Positions 39,098 through 48,722 of a stretch of DNA of 64,000 nt are shown here, in pieces. The translations under genes and the position numbers were made by a program. The notes beneath the pieces are model-generated. The model searched no databases. It was not told where the DNA came from and saw only the letters and a program-made list of their open reading frames with translations. The stretch's first letter is position 1. Each line of letters starts with the position of its first letter. The stretch spans positions 128,001-192,000 of the forward strand of contig CBDDDG010000010.1 in NCBI GenBank assembly GCA_965226555.1, given 5' to 3'. Source of the stretch: Salinispira sp. Its GTDB lineage: Bacteria > Spirochaetota > Spirochaetia > DSM-27196 > Salinispiraceae.

Positions 39098-40294
39098 TTA
39101 TAAAACCCCGAAACTGTCGATCATCGGAATGAGGGTGGTACGGTTCAGCCATGTCTCAGGTATGCCCAAGGCTCCCTCTATGCCGTACATGGCTCCCGCA
39201 AGAGCGCCAAGAAATACCGCCCGTCCGCAGGTGTCGCCGCTTGCAAGAATGTTTACCCGCGCCGCCTCCGTGAAACTTCCGGTATTCAGCAGTATGTGGA
39301 GGCAGAGCGGAACAGCCATGTCCACGTGGCAGGCAGCGCCGAAGGTCTTCGTGGCATCGCGGTAATTGAGCGCGGGATAGTCCATGGCCTGCCGTATGAG
39401 TTTCTGAGAGGCTGATGGCAGCGTATCCAGATGCTCAATGACCAATTGCCGCAGACATTCCTGAATTGCCGATCCATCAGCATGCTGATTCTGATTCTGA
39501 TGCTGATTTCGGGCGGCGTCATCATAAAGATCGGCAAGAATACGGGCCATAAATACGGCATGGGCAACACAAAGATCATTGTCGTTGGTAATGCGCACTG
39601 CTTTTTCAAGTTCGGTTTCACGTTCATCGGCATTGTACATGTAGGCAAGGAGCGCCGAGCGGGTCAGACCGGGCATTTGATCATCATCGGTACCGGTGGT
39701 CATTTCGATGTCGGCAACGGCATCGACGAGGCTGTCGACCAGCGCAAGCTCATTTCGGGAAAATTCATGGAGTTTGAGGGCATTTTTTATTGTTGCCTTG
39801 AGATCATCGCTTGTGTGTTCGAAAAAATAGCGGCCGATATATCCTGCAACAATATCTTTCTTATCGTCCGGAAGATCGGAGGATGTTTCCATAACCTTTT
39901 TCTGTATGGATTTGCTGATGGTGGTGATATTGAAAATTGTTTCCCTCATTGGCGTATCGGCATATCCGACATATTCGCCGCCAATGCCATAGTATTCCTG
40001 AAAGGCGCGTATGTAGTTGCCAACTGAAAACTTCCCATCCTCAATCGATTTGAACAATACATAATAATACGAACCGTAGTTAGAACAATCGCCGGCCTTC
40101 TTGAGCGGATGCGCGAAAAATGACGGTACACCCTTATAGTTTTCCCTGTCGGGTTCCAGAAATTCCGGCTCTCCCCCATGTTTTTTCACAACCGCGGCAA
40201 TTTTGCCCTGCGAATATATCCAGTGCAGTCCCATGGCTGCCGCATCTGCTGCCAGCGTTCCATAAATTGCTGCCTTTACTCTTTCCCTGTTCAT
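39098..40294 (-). CDS. ADP-ribosylglycohydrolase family protein
   Basis: ADAAAMGLHWIY, DDDQ, NILASGDTCGRAVFLGALAGA..G..GIP..W. Confidence 0.9.
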   Translation of the reverse strand: MNRERVKAAIYGTLAADAAAMGLHWIYSQGKIAAVVKKHGGEPEFLEPDRENYKGVPSFFAHPLKKAGDCSNYGSYYYVLFKSIEDGKFSVGNYIRAFQEYYGIGGEYVGYADTPMRETIFNITTISKSIQKKVMETSSDLPDDKKDIVAGYIGRYFFEHTSDDLKATIKNALKLHEFSRNELALVDSLVDAVADIEMTTGTDDDQMPGLTRSALLAYMYNADERETELEKAVRITNDNDLCVAHAVFMARILADLYDDAARNQHQNQNQHADGSAIQECLRQLVIEHLDTLPSASQKLIRQAMDYPALNYRDATKTFGAACHVDMAVPLCLHILLNTGSFTEAARVNILASGDTCGRAVFLGALAGAMYGIEGALGIPETWLNRTTLIPMIDSFGVL

Positions 40295-40418
40295 ATAACC
40301 TCCGGTGATGTGCATATCCTACACAGATGCACATCTTTCTTCAATATGATACAATACGGTAATATCATTCTGGAGCAATGCCCAGCCATGAGTATCTTTC
40401 AAAGAGGTTTACACACCT

Positions 40419-40868
40419 GTGAATCTGGTTTTAATATCAGCAACAATCAGTTGGTTGGTAACGCAATGTATCAAAACTCTCATACATGCTCTTTTCAGGA
40501 AAACCCCGAGCGGTTTACCTGACATTATTACCGGTCTTTTATGGCAGACCGGAGGCATGCCCTCAAGCCATGGCGCGCTGGTTACCGCGCTCACTGTGAG
40601 TATTGGAATCCTCGAAGGTACAGGAAGCAGTGTATTTGTGTTATCGCTTTTTTTCGGCATCATCGTTATTCGCGACTCTCTCGGCGTTCGCCTGTCCAGC
40701 GGCAGGCAAGCGCATACCTTAAATAAACTGGGAAAGAATCTTAAAAAGAAATTTGCGATTGATTTTACTGGTGTCAAGGAAGTTCATGGGCATACCCCCC
40801 TAGAAGTACTCGTAGGAATGCTGATAGGCGGAACAATTGCTCTCATTGTCAGTACCCTTTCCGCATGA
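40419..40868 (+). CDS. divergent PAP2 family protein (DUF212)
   Basis: TGGMPSSH, D..GVR..SGRQA..LN, GHTPLEV..G. Confidence 0.93.
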   Translation: MNLVLISATISWLVTQCIKTLIHALFRKTPSGLPDIITGLLWQTGGMPSSHGALVTALTVSIGILEGTGSSVFVLSLFFGIIVIRDSLGVRLSSGRQAHTLNKLGKNLKKKFAIDFTGVKEVHGHTPLEVLVGMLIGGTIALIVSTLSA

Positions 40869-42433
40869 ACGTGAAAACCAGACTGCTCACAGCTTATATT
40901 TTCCTTGTTGGTATTTCCCTCTTTTTCAGTATTCTCCAGTGGAGCCAGCCCCCCCCTGCCCTCCTGCCCTGGCTCATTATTGAGGTATCAGGGGGCAGCA
41001 ATAGTGTAACGGATTTTCTGGAAGATCGGAATTTCACACCGGTTCTCCGGAAAGAGTCGGTGCTTCTTCCCATAAGCCGCTTTGGACTATGGGAATTTCA
41101 GAGGATTACCACGTTGGAATCGCGCATGGGGGAAGAGGATATCCGCATTCTTCCTCAGCTGCCTCTTCTCATAGAACAATTCCGCCTTGATGGGGGGGAG
41201 CTAATTTTTGTTCCCGGTAAGCCCGAAAACATTCTGGCATCTCTGCGCTCCTATGACGGCGATTATATTGTACACTCATACCACCCAATTCCTCCGCTCT
41301 ACAGCGCCGTCATCTGGGGAATAACTGCTCTTATTCTTCTTGTGTTTTTCAAGCGCCGCCGCTGGACAATTCCGGTTATTATTGCCTTCCTTCCGGGCTT
41401 TTTTGTTCAGGCGCCGCTGTATCCCGGTTTACACATTGTTCTGTGCATCTGTGTGCGGGAAATGATTTTTTTCTCGGGATCAGAGTTTGAACGCTCTGTC
41501 AATGTGAACTCCCATATATTTCTGCCGGAACGGTTTACATCGCGCATTTCTTTTACCTTCAAAAAAATACAGACCTATGCTCTCTTTCCCGCAATATGGA
41601 CCTGCGCCCTGCTTCTCATTCTCTGTATATATGCGCTTGCTGTTCGGAAGGCGGAGGGGCTGTATGTTATCGCGGTAATTCCCTTTCTCATGATCATTGC
41701 GAAAGACGAATTCATCAGAATTGTTACTGAGGCGCAGAAGAGGGAGCACCGTCTTTTTTTTGCCGCAGAAATTATGCCTGCATGGAAAAAAGCTTCCCGA
41801 CAGGAACGCTTTGCGGTATTAACCGCGCTCCTTCTGGCGGTCTCCATTCCTCTGACATTGAGAATGAATGTATTCCCCCTTTTGCATGTTCAGGAACTCG
41901 GAGATATACACTCAGCGGAAGATCTCGATTCACTGCGGAACAGGGTATCGGTATTGTTGGATCAACGTGTAAAGGGAGCGACTGAAGATACAGAGCGCGA
42001 ATATACAGAACACAGTGAGGCAGGCAGCTATATTGTTGATATTCTTCTGGCCGACAGGGCATATCAACAGATATTCCCCTATCTCAGTCTCGCGCCGGAA
42101 AGCGGAGCAGGACGATATGAAAACGGAAAGGTATATCTCACACGATATGTGTCATTAGACGATGGTCTCAATTCTTATGAAGAACGGGTCTTTGATCTGA
42201 CGAATACTTGGCTTATCTCGGAACTCAGCGCCGCAAGTTCTACAGATATGCTCCGATTGTATACGGACGGCAGAAAATGGTATGATGTTTCACGGGAATT
42301 TCCTGTACGGAGACCCTCCCGAAGATGGAACTTTTTGCTGGAAATAATAATCCTCGCCATGGCGGGTCTGCCATGGATCGGACGATGGCATTTCACTCCC
42401 GTGAAAAAACTCATGAAAAAAACTTTTGCATAG
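40865..42433 (+). CDS. hypothetical multi-pass membrane protein
   Basis: 522-aa ORF with several TM segments, ATGA-coupled to the PAP2 gene. Confidence 0.75.
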   Translation: MNVKTRLLTAYIFLVGISLFFSILQWSQPPPALLPWLIIEVSGGSNSVTDFLEDRNFTPVLRKESVLLPISRFGLWEFQRITTLESRMGEEDIRILPQLPLLIEQFRLDGGELIFVPGKPENILASLRSYDGDYIVHSYHPIPPLYSAVIWGITALILLVFFKRRRWTIPVIIAFLPGFFVQAPLYPGLHIVLCICVREMIFFSGSEFERSVNVNSHIFLPERFTSRISFTFKKIQTYALFPAIWTCALLLILCIYALAVRKAEGLYVIAVIPFLMIIAKDEFIRIVTEAQKREHRLFFAAEIMPAWKKASRQERFAVLTALLLAVSIPLTLRMNVFPLLHVQELGDIHSAEDLDSLRNRVSVLLDQRVKGATEDTEREYTEHSEAGSYIVDILLADRAYQQIFPYLSLAPESGAGRYENGKVYLTRYVSLDDGLNSYEERVFDLTNTWLISELSAASSTDMLRLYTDGRKWYDVSREFPVRRPSRRWNFLLEIIILAMAGLPWIGRWHFTPVKKLMKKTFA

Positions 42434-42496
42434 ATAAAGTTTTTACTTATGAAAAACTTTCTATACCTTGAGAGAATCAAGAATATAGATGAGAGG
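42417..42496. repeat. hairpin-repeat module at the junction upstream of rnfC
   Basis: aaaaactttctataccttgagagaatcaaga.tatagatgagag shared with 59410-59512, 62480-62582 and (reverse) ~51300-51350. Confidence 0.85.
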
Positions 42497-42502
42497 CAAT
42501 TT

Positions 42503-43795
42503 TTGAACATAAACAGCCGGGGTATTAAACCGTATATGGCAGTGGAACCGGACTTCAAAGCAGATATTGTGCAAACCAGCCTCCCGAATTACGCAATTAT
42601 TCCATTACCGCCCGATTCAGAAGAAGAAATTCTGGTACGGATCGGGGAACGGATCCGTGAAGGGCAGATTATCAGCAAAGGAAAAAATGCAGTTCACGCA
42701 TCCATACCCGGAGTAGTCCGCAAAATTATGTCAATAACTCTACCGGATAAAACAGAGTCTCTCGCAGTACAAATTAAGCTTGGCGGGTTTTTCGATTATA
42801 CCGGAAAGCATGAAAAATACTTTAACTGGTCAAGTCTTCAGCCCTCTTCCATTATCAGGACCATACAGAAAAACGGACTGGTTCAGCTCGATGGTTCAGG
42901 GGAGAATCTTTCAACCCTCCTTGAGAATTGCCGTAAATCCGCAACCAGAACAATCATTGTCAATGCGGCAAACGGTACTCCGTTCCTGTCTAGTGAAATC
43001 AGAATTTTACAGGAGCACCCCGAGAAAATTGCTACCGCCCTTCAGATCCTGCATTACATACTCCCGGTAAAACATACAATTTTTGCCGCCACGAAAATTC
43101 AGTACGCGCAGAAGTTTCTTGAACATGTTCTGAAAATGGGCATACGCATGAAAACGAAGCGGGTTCCCGAAAAATATCCGGCGGGGAGCTCCCACGAGAT
43201 CATACGTTCTCTTCCCCAGAATCACTCCCAGAATCGTTCATCATCTCTTCAGACAGTTGTATTGAATATCTCGACCCTCCTTTCGCTCTATGAGGGTATT
43301 GTGCTGAATAAGTCGCTCATTGAAAAGATAATTACCGTGGGAGGAGGCGCTTTCGGAAAAAGTACGACAGTAAAGGCCCGTATCGGCACCCCACTGCGAA
43401 AAATCTTTCAGGAACTTGGCGGTCTGCAAAAAACGCCAGTGAAAATAGTGGTGGGCATTCCTCTCCGGGGACATGAAGTAACAGATATTGATACGCCGCT
43501 GAGCAAGGAAATAACGTCAATTTTTGCTCTTCAGAGCGATGAAATGGGCGCCGCATCGCAGTCGCCCTGCATTAATTGCGGCGTCTGTGTTGATCACTGC
43601 CCCGCAGATCTGGAGCCCCTGACCCTGCATAAGCTCTTGGACAATAACCGGTATGAGGAAGCCATCTCACGAGGGCTCATGTCCTGCTGGAGCTGCGGTA
43701 TTTGCAGCCATGTGTGCCCTTCATACATACCGCTTACACGAATTATTGAAGACGGCATGCTTACCGTTAAAAAAGAGGGTCTGCTTGAGTCATGA
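42503..43795 (+). CDS. rnfC: RnfC-like electron transport subunit (divergent); start TTG 42503 or ATG 42449
   Basis: VHASIPG, KYPAG, ITVGG, ARIGTP, two 4Fe-4S motifs CINCGVCVDHCP and CWSCGICSHVCP. Confidence 0.88.
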   Translation: MNINSRGIKPYMAVEPDFKADIVQTSLPNYAIIPLPPDSEEEILVRIGERIREGQIISKGKNAVHASIPGVVRKIMSITLPDKTESLAVQIKLGGFFDYTGKHEKYFNWSSLQPSSIIRTIQKNGLVQLDGSGENLSTLLENCRKSATRTIIVNAANGTPFLSSEIRILQEHPEKIATALQILHYILPVKHTIFAATKIQYAQKFLEHVLKMGIRMKTKRVPEKYPAGSSHEIIRSLPQNHSQNRSSSLQTVVLNISTLLSLYEGIVLNKSLIEKIITVGGGAFGKSTTVKARIGTPLRKIFQELGGLQKTPVKIVVGIPLRGHEVTDIDTPLSKEITSIFALQSDEMGAASQSPCINCGVCVDHCPADLEPLTLHKLLDNNRYEEAISRGLMSCWSCGICSHVCPSYIPLTRIIEDGMLTVKKEGLLES

Positions 43796-45002
43796 AGCCG
43801 TACTAAAAAACAGTAATACCAGCCCTCAGTACAGCAGCGCGCTGTCGATACGCCGCAGTATGTGGACCATGAATGGACTGCTCACGATCCTGCTGATCTG
43901 GGGAATTCTCATGTACGGCCCGCGCGCGCTGGGAATTGTCGCATTAAGCGTACTATCGGCCTTTATCGCCGAATTTCTGGTTCTGACACTCAGGCTCGCG
44001 CCCTCGTCCATGCCCGCATCCGCGCCCGCGCCCTCGCCCAAGCCCGCATTCGCATCCCCGCCTGTATCCGCCTCCATGCCCATGCCCGCGCCCGCATCCG
44101 CGGCCAAGAGAACGAGAACAGCGCTCTCAGACGGCAGCGCCGTTCTCTGCGGACTCATGTTCGGACTGACCCTCCCCCCCGCAGTTCACTGGCTTGTCGC
44201 GGTCATCGGACCTGCCTTCGCCATTATTATTGTGAAATGGGGATTAGGCGGACTGGGCATTAACCTGCTGAACCCGGCGCTTGCCGGAAGGCTCTTCGTT
44301 CAGCTCAGTTGGCCGGAAATGTTTCGGGCGTATAATTGGGGAAAGAGCCTGTTACCGGAAACCGGATGGAATGTTGACGCGGTAAGCGCTCCCTCCGCCC
44401 TCACACAAATTAAGAACTTCCTCATTGAAAACAGGAGCGGCTATATCTTCCGCCCATTGGAAATTGTCGATAAAAATTTCAGCATTGTTGATACATTTCT
44501 GACCAACATTCTTAATGAAGGCATTTTAATTCCAAATGGCATTATTCTTTCGGAGGGCTATATCGACTACTTCTTCGGATTCAGATACGGCGCCATTGGT
44601 GAAATTTCAATTGTTCTTATTCTCTTTATTTCGATCTTTCTCTTTGCCCGCGGAATAATATCTTGGCACATTCCGCTTGGCGGCTTTATCGGCATGAGCG
44701 CTCTGAGTTTCATATTTTCAGGAACATTCTGGGGGGCAAATTTTTTCTCGGGAGACATTCTCTTTGCTCTGTTCAGCGGAGGATTCATGTTTACTCTTAT
44801 GTTCATGGCCACCGATCCGGTAACCAGCCCCTATACCCGAAACGGCAAGTTCATCTTCGGATTAGGCTTTGGCGCGCTTGCCTTTGCGCTGCGGGATATC
44901 TCAATTGAAGCCGACGCATCCACAACAGCGCTTCTCATTATGAACATGCTCTGTCCGCTTATAAACATTATCGCGCGGAGAAAACCCCTTACACCGCATT
45001 GA
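43785..45002 (+). CDS. rnfD: RnfD-like membrane subunit
   Basis: DGSAVL.GL, GGLG.N.LNPALAGR, GAIGEIS, FMATDPVTSP. Confidence 0.92.
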   Translation: MSHEAVLKNSNTSPQYSSALSIRRSMWTMNGLLTILLIWGILMYGPRALGIVALSVLSAFIAEFLVLTLRLAPSSMPASAPAPSPKPAFASPPVSASMPMPAPASAAKRTRTALSDGSAVLCGLMFGLTLPPAVHWLVAVIGPAFAIIIVKWGLGGLGINLLNPALAGRLFVQLSWPEMFRAYNWGKSLLPETGWNVDAVSAPSALTQIKNFLIENRSGYIFRPLEIVDKNFSIVDTFLTNILNEGILIPNGIILSEGYIDYFFGFRYGAIGEISIVLILFISIFLFARGIISWHIPLGGFIGMSALSFIFSGTFWGANFFSGDILFALFSGGFMFTLMFMATDPVTSPYTRNGKFIFGLGFGALAFALRDISIEADASTTALLIMNMLCPLINIIARRKPLTPH

Positions 45003-45015
45003 GAGAGAGTTTGGA

Positions 45016-45489
45016 ATGAATACATCGGGCAAACGGGCCTTTATACAGGTACTTCTCATTACTGCATTATGCGCAATGGTACTCATTGGACTTGGCATTC
45101 TTGCCAGGGGTCAGGCGGCGAGAACGCTGGAGCATTACCATTCTCTTGCACTGGAGGAAATGAGCAATGGTCTGCGGGTGCTGGGATCCCATGATGTCCG
45201 CCATCCGCAGATCAGTACTATTCATCGCATTGAAAACGGCGACAGCGTGTACGAAATATCGGGGAATGTATTGTTTACCGAAATCCGTATCCTCGTGCGC
45301 CTAAACAACTCCGGTATTTTTCAGGACTATAAGATTATCTTCATACATAATCCGCTGCGGGGCTGGGAATTTGGTAATTCTTTTGCCTATTATGAATTAT
45401 CATCAATTGAAAACAGCACGATGAGAATTCGGCGCTGGTCAGAATACATTCAGGCACTCATACAAACTGCCGAGGAATATCATTCATGA
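45016..45489 (+). CDS. membrane-anchored protein in the RnfG position (highly divergent)
   Basis: N-terminal TM helix; position between rnfD and rnfE; no S(G)AT FMN motif. Confidence 0.55.
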   Translation: MNTSGKRAFIQVLLITALCAMVLIGLGILARGQAARTLEHYHSLALEEMSNGLRVLGSHDVRHPQISTIHRIENGDSVYEISGNVLFTEIRILVRLNNSGIFQDYKIIFIHNPLRGWEFGNSFAYYELSSIENSTMRIRRWSEYIQALIQTAEEYHS

Positions 45490-46085
45490 AAAACTTATCC
45501 CGCATAGCACGGTCGGAAAGTATATTTTTCTTTAAACTTGCGGCCATCTGTCCCCTTATTCTCCTTTCAAGCCGAGTCGCATATTCCCTTGCCCTTTCTC
45601 TCATTCTGATTATCCACATTTCCTTCGTACTCTTTGTGCGCTATGTATCGGGAAAATTTCTTGAAAAGGCTGTCCGTTTCAGCATGGAGCTGCTTATGGC
45701 AGCAACATGTATTGCCGTTATTGACATGCTGATGACTGCCTACCTGCCCCTTATACGGGCGGATATGGGAATTCTGCTTCCCTTCGTTTTTTTTCAGGGA
45801 CAATTTTTTCTTTCGGCAATGGTATCATCCAAAAAATCGGGAGAGGCAGCAGCATCGAATCGCATGGGTAAACAGGAAATTACCCGCGCATACGGCGAAC
45901 TGCTTTCCTTCATCGCGATGATTCTCATTCTGTCCCTGTTCAGAGAATTATTGACCTATGGAAAAATTTCACTTGTATTTCAGCCATGGGATGGATTGGA
46001 GCGGCACTATTTCATCAGTATATTCTCTTCGGTAATGGGTATTCTCTTTCTTTTCACTGCAGCCTATCAATGGAGAAAAAAATGA
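45486..46085 (+). CDS. rnfE: RnfE-like membrane subunit (divergent)
   Basis: AICPL, IDMLM.AYLP, GILLP, FRELL..G. Confidence 0.75.
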   Translation: MKNLSRIARSESIFFFKLAAICPLILLSSRVAYSLALSLILIIHISFVLFVRYVSGKFLEKAVRFSMELLMAATCIAVIDMLMTAYLPLIRADMGILLPFVFFQGQFFLSAMVSSKKSGEAAASNRMGKQEITRAYGELLSFIAMILILSLFRELLTYGKISLVFQPWDGLERHYFISIFSSVMGILFLFTAAYQWRKK

Positions 46086-46636
46086 ATGTGGAAATTCTCT
46101 TTTTCTTTGCCTTTCATTCAAACATTCTCATTATGTTCCTTGCGGGATTACATGGATATTTTGATTTTCAGAATACCCAGCCCCCCATGCTGCCGACTGT
46201 GTTTGCTCAGTGGTCCACAAAGAGCATACATCTTTTTGTGTGGGGCTTCATTGCTGGTCTTCTGGGTATGATAATCCCGATGAAAACAGTATTACTCCCC
46301 GTTTTCATCTCCGTATTTCTTGTAATTCGGGCAATGAGCTCTGCCGCCACAGGAAAAAAATACAGAAAACAGGCGACTCGTGAAGTTGACAGGATCATTT
46401 CCGATCCTGTACTATCTATTCCGGTTCTGATCGTCGCATATACCGATATGGACCTATTTACAGTGCTTTTCTCCCTCATCAGTATTTCCTTGGGAATTTT
46501 GATCTCTTCCCTGATCCTGTTCGGCATCAAAACGAGGCTTGAACTTGAGAGCGGAAACAGGATTATCGTGCTTCTGCTTTCCATGAGTTTTGTCGCAATG
46601 ATTTTTACTGCTCTTCAGCAATCGTTTCCGGTATGA
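46082..46636 (+). CDS. RnfA-like membrane subunit (highly divergent)
   Basis: NILIMFL.G start, 'GIKTRL' and 'MSFVAMIF' near the end, six TM segments, operon position. Confidence 0.6.
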   Translation: MNVEILFFFAFHSNILIMFLAGLHGYFDFQNTQPPMLPTVFAQWSTKSIHLFVWGFIAGLLGMIIPMKTVLLPVFISVFLVIRAMSSAATGKKYRKQATREVDRIISDPVLSIPVLIVAYTDMDLFTVLFSLISISLGILISSLILFGIKTRLELESGNRIIVLLLSMSFVAMIFTALQQSFPV

Positions 46637-46640
46637 GTAT

Positions 46641-48722
46641 ATGAGTAAAAAATTACTTATTTTTGGCAGTGTATATTCTCCTCCCATTGGTATTTTTAAG
46701 GAAGACATTGAAATATCGTATTGGAATTACTACCGGCCGTTGCTGAAAATTCTGTACTCATATCCGAAAATTCCTGTTGTCCTTTTTTTCACCGGCACCC
46801 TGCTCAGTTGGATAGAAGAGAACCATGGGGAATTTCTGGATGTTATGGCCGAAATGGTAAAACGGCGGCAATTGGAGATACTCGGCGGAGCCTATTACGC
46901 ACCGATGCTGAATCTTATCTCGCGGCAAGATTGCATTGGCCAGATAGAACTGCTCACGACCTATATACGGAAACATTTCGGCCGCAGACCGCGCGGCTGC
47001 TGGATAACAGAACAAATATGGGAACCCCCAATGCCGTCAATAATACAATCGGCCGGCATTAATTATATTTTTCTCAATGAATACCATTTCTGGAAAGCCG
47101 GCTTTGAAGAACGCGATTTTCATACCCCCTGCATTACCGAAGATCAGGGGAAAACTCTTGTTGTTTTTCCCATGGCGCACGATGTGTATCAGCATTTCTG
47201 GGATATGAAACCGGATAGTATCAGAAAAAAAATTGAAACTGCGGATCTGGGCAGGGAAAATCAGGTTATCAGCCTCATCCATGGCATCCGTCATGATATC
47301 TCCAATTCCTCACACACGGAATCTCATCTCACGGCGGTTCTCAGCGAGCTCTCTGCCCTCATCAATGATAACAAAATCGAACTCATCCTACCCCATCAGT
47401 ATCTGCGGACACGACGAAAATTATCGCGGGGATATTTTCCTCCAACCTCCTACGATGAAATGCAGGCCTACGATTCAATCAGCGCGCTGGAAAACTATCT
47501 GCACCATAAGGGAACGCTCACCAGCGGCGTCGGCAGAACCGGATATTATTACGGCAGCCTTTTCCGGCAGAACCTCAGCCGGTATCCCGAGGTTAACCTC
47601 ATGTATGCGAAAATGCATTTTGTCCAGCGGCTCACCGCCCACATCCGCGGCGACAAATACCGCAAACAGGCAGCGAGAGAGGAACTATGGCACGGTCAGA
47701 CGCATGCTCCCTTCTGGCACGGAGAACATGGGGGGGTGTATGTCAATAATTATCGCAAAGAAGTCTATGCCGCCCTCATCCGCTCTGAAAAAATTACCCG
47801 CGAACAGGGAATTTTTGCCCCATCGATAATCTCCCTCGATTTCGATATGGATGGACTTGATGAGTTTTTATATCAGGGAAACCAGATTAATGCCTATGTT
47901 CATTCGCTCGGCGGAATACTCTTTGAACTGGACTTCATCCCCTCTCCCTGGAATTTTCTGGACACCATGGGAAGATACCCCGAAGTGTACCACCAGTCGA
48001 ATCAGGAGGCGCAGGGCTACGATACCTATCCGCGCAGGGCCTTTGTCGATCATTTTTTCACCCCGGAGGCGACAATTGAACAGTTTGACAGAATGATCTC
48101 TGAAGATGAGGGAATGTTTTCAACAGCCCGCTATGAAATTGAATCGGAAAACCGATCCATGAGCAAAAAGCTCATTATTCCCTTCATCGTTGAGGGTTCG
48201 CTGAAAACAAAAAACGGAATCCGCGCTATCAGAATACAAAAGACCTATTCATTTACCCGTAAAAGCGCGCGTGTACATTACTGCATAACAAATACCGGCG
48301 ATATGGCGCTCCAAACAATCTTTGCGCCTGAAATTAACTTGAGTTTTATCTCGGATCAGGAAAAATATCTTCGGGTCTCCTCAAATAATAACAAAAAAAG
48401 CATAATTCCCTTCGCTCCCGTTGAACTTGATATGAGTTCGGGAATTGTTTTTGAAGATCGCTTCACCAAGGTGAAAATTGATGTTGCCTTCGCCCCCGAA
48501 ACCGAATGTTGGACATTGCCGCTGAAAACCGAACATCTGGTGAGAAATACTTGGATACATACATACCAAGGTTCCACCATTCTTCCCCGCTGGTTCCTCA
48601 GTTTGAAGCCCAGAGAGTCCCATAACTGTAATGTGAGTATAAATCTGGCATCGCGGAGGGGGATGAGGTGGGATATCGCGCAAGAACATCCAGCACCCAC
48701 TCGAACCAGGGTCTCACAATAA
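46641..48722 (+). CDS. GH57 alpha-amylase/4-alpha-glucanotransferase-like protein (DUF1925/DUF1926)
   Basis: YRPLL, GTLL.W, EILGGAYY, PRGCW.TE..WEP, YPEVN.MY.KM, WHG..GGVY, D.DMDG.DE. Confidence 0.88.
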   Translation: MSKKLLIFGSVYSPPIGIFKEDIEISYWNYYRPLLKILYSYPKIPVVLFFTGTLLSWIEENHGEFLDVMAEMVKRRQLEILGGAYYAPMLNLISRQDCIGQIELLTTYIRKHFGRRPRGCWITEQIWEPPMPSIIQSAGINYIFLNEYHFWKAGFEERDFHTPCITEDQGKTLVVFPMAHDVYQHFWDMKPDSIRKKIETADLGRENQVISLIHGIRHDISNSSHTESHLTAVLSELSALINDNKIELILPHQYLRTRRKLSRGYFPPTSYDEMQAYDSISALENYLHHKGTLTSGVGRTGYYYGSLFRQNLSRYPEVNLMYAKMHFVQRLTAHIRGDKYRKQAAREELWHGQTHAPFWHGEHGGVYVNNYRKEVYAALIRSEKITREQGIFAPSIISLDFDMDGLDEFLYQGNQINAYVHSLGGILFELDFIPSPWNFLDTMGRYPEVYHQSNQEAQGYDTYPRRAFVDHFFTPEATIEQFDRMISEDEGMFSTARYEIESENRSMSKKLIIPFIVEGSLKTKNGIRAIRIQKTYSFTRKSARVHYCITNTGDMALQTIFAPEINLSFISDQEKYLRVSSNNNKKSIIPFAPVELDMSSGIVFEDRFTKVKIDVAFAPETECWTLPLKTEHLVRNTWIHTYQGSTILPRWFLSLKPRESHNCNVSINLASRRGMRWDIAQEHPAPTRTRVSQ

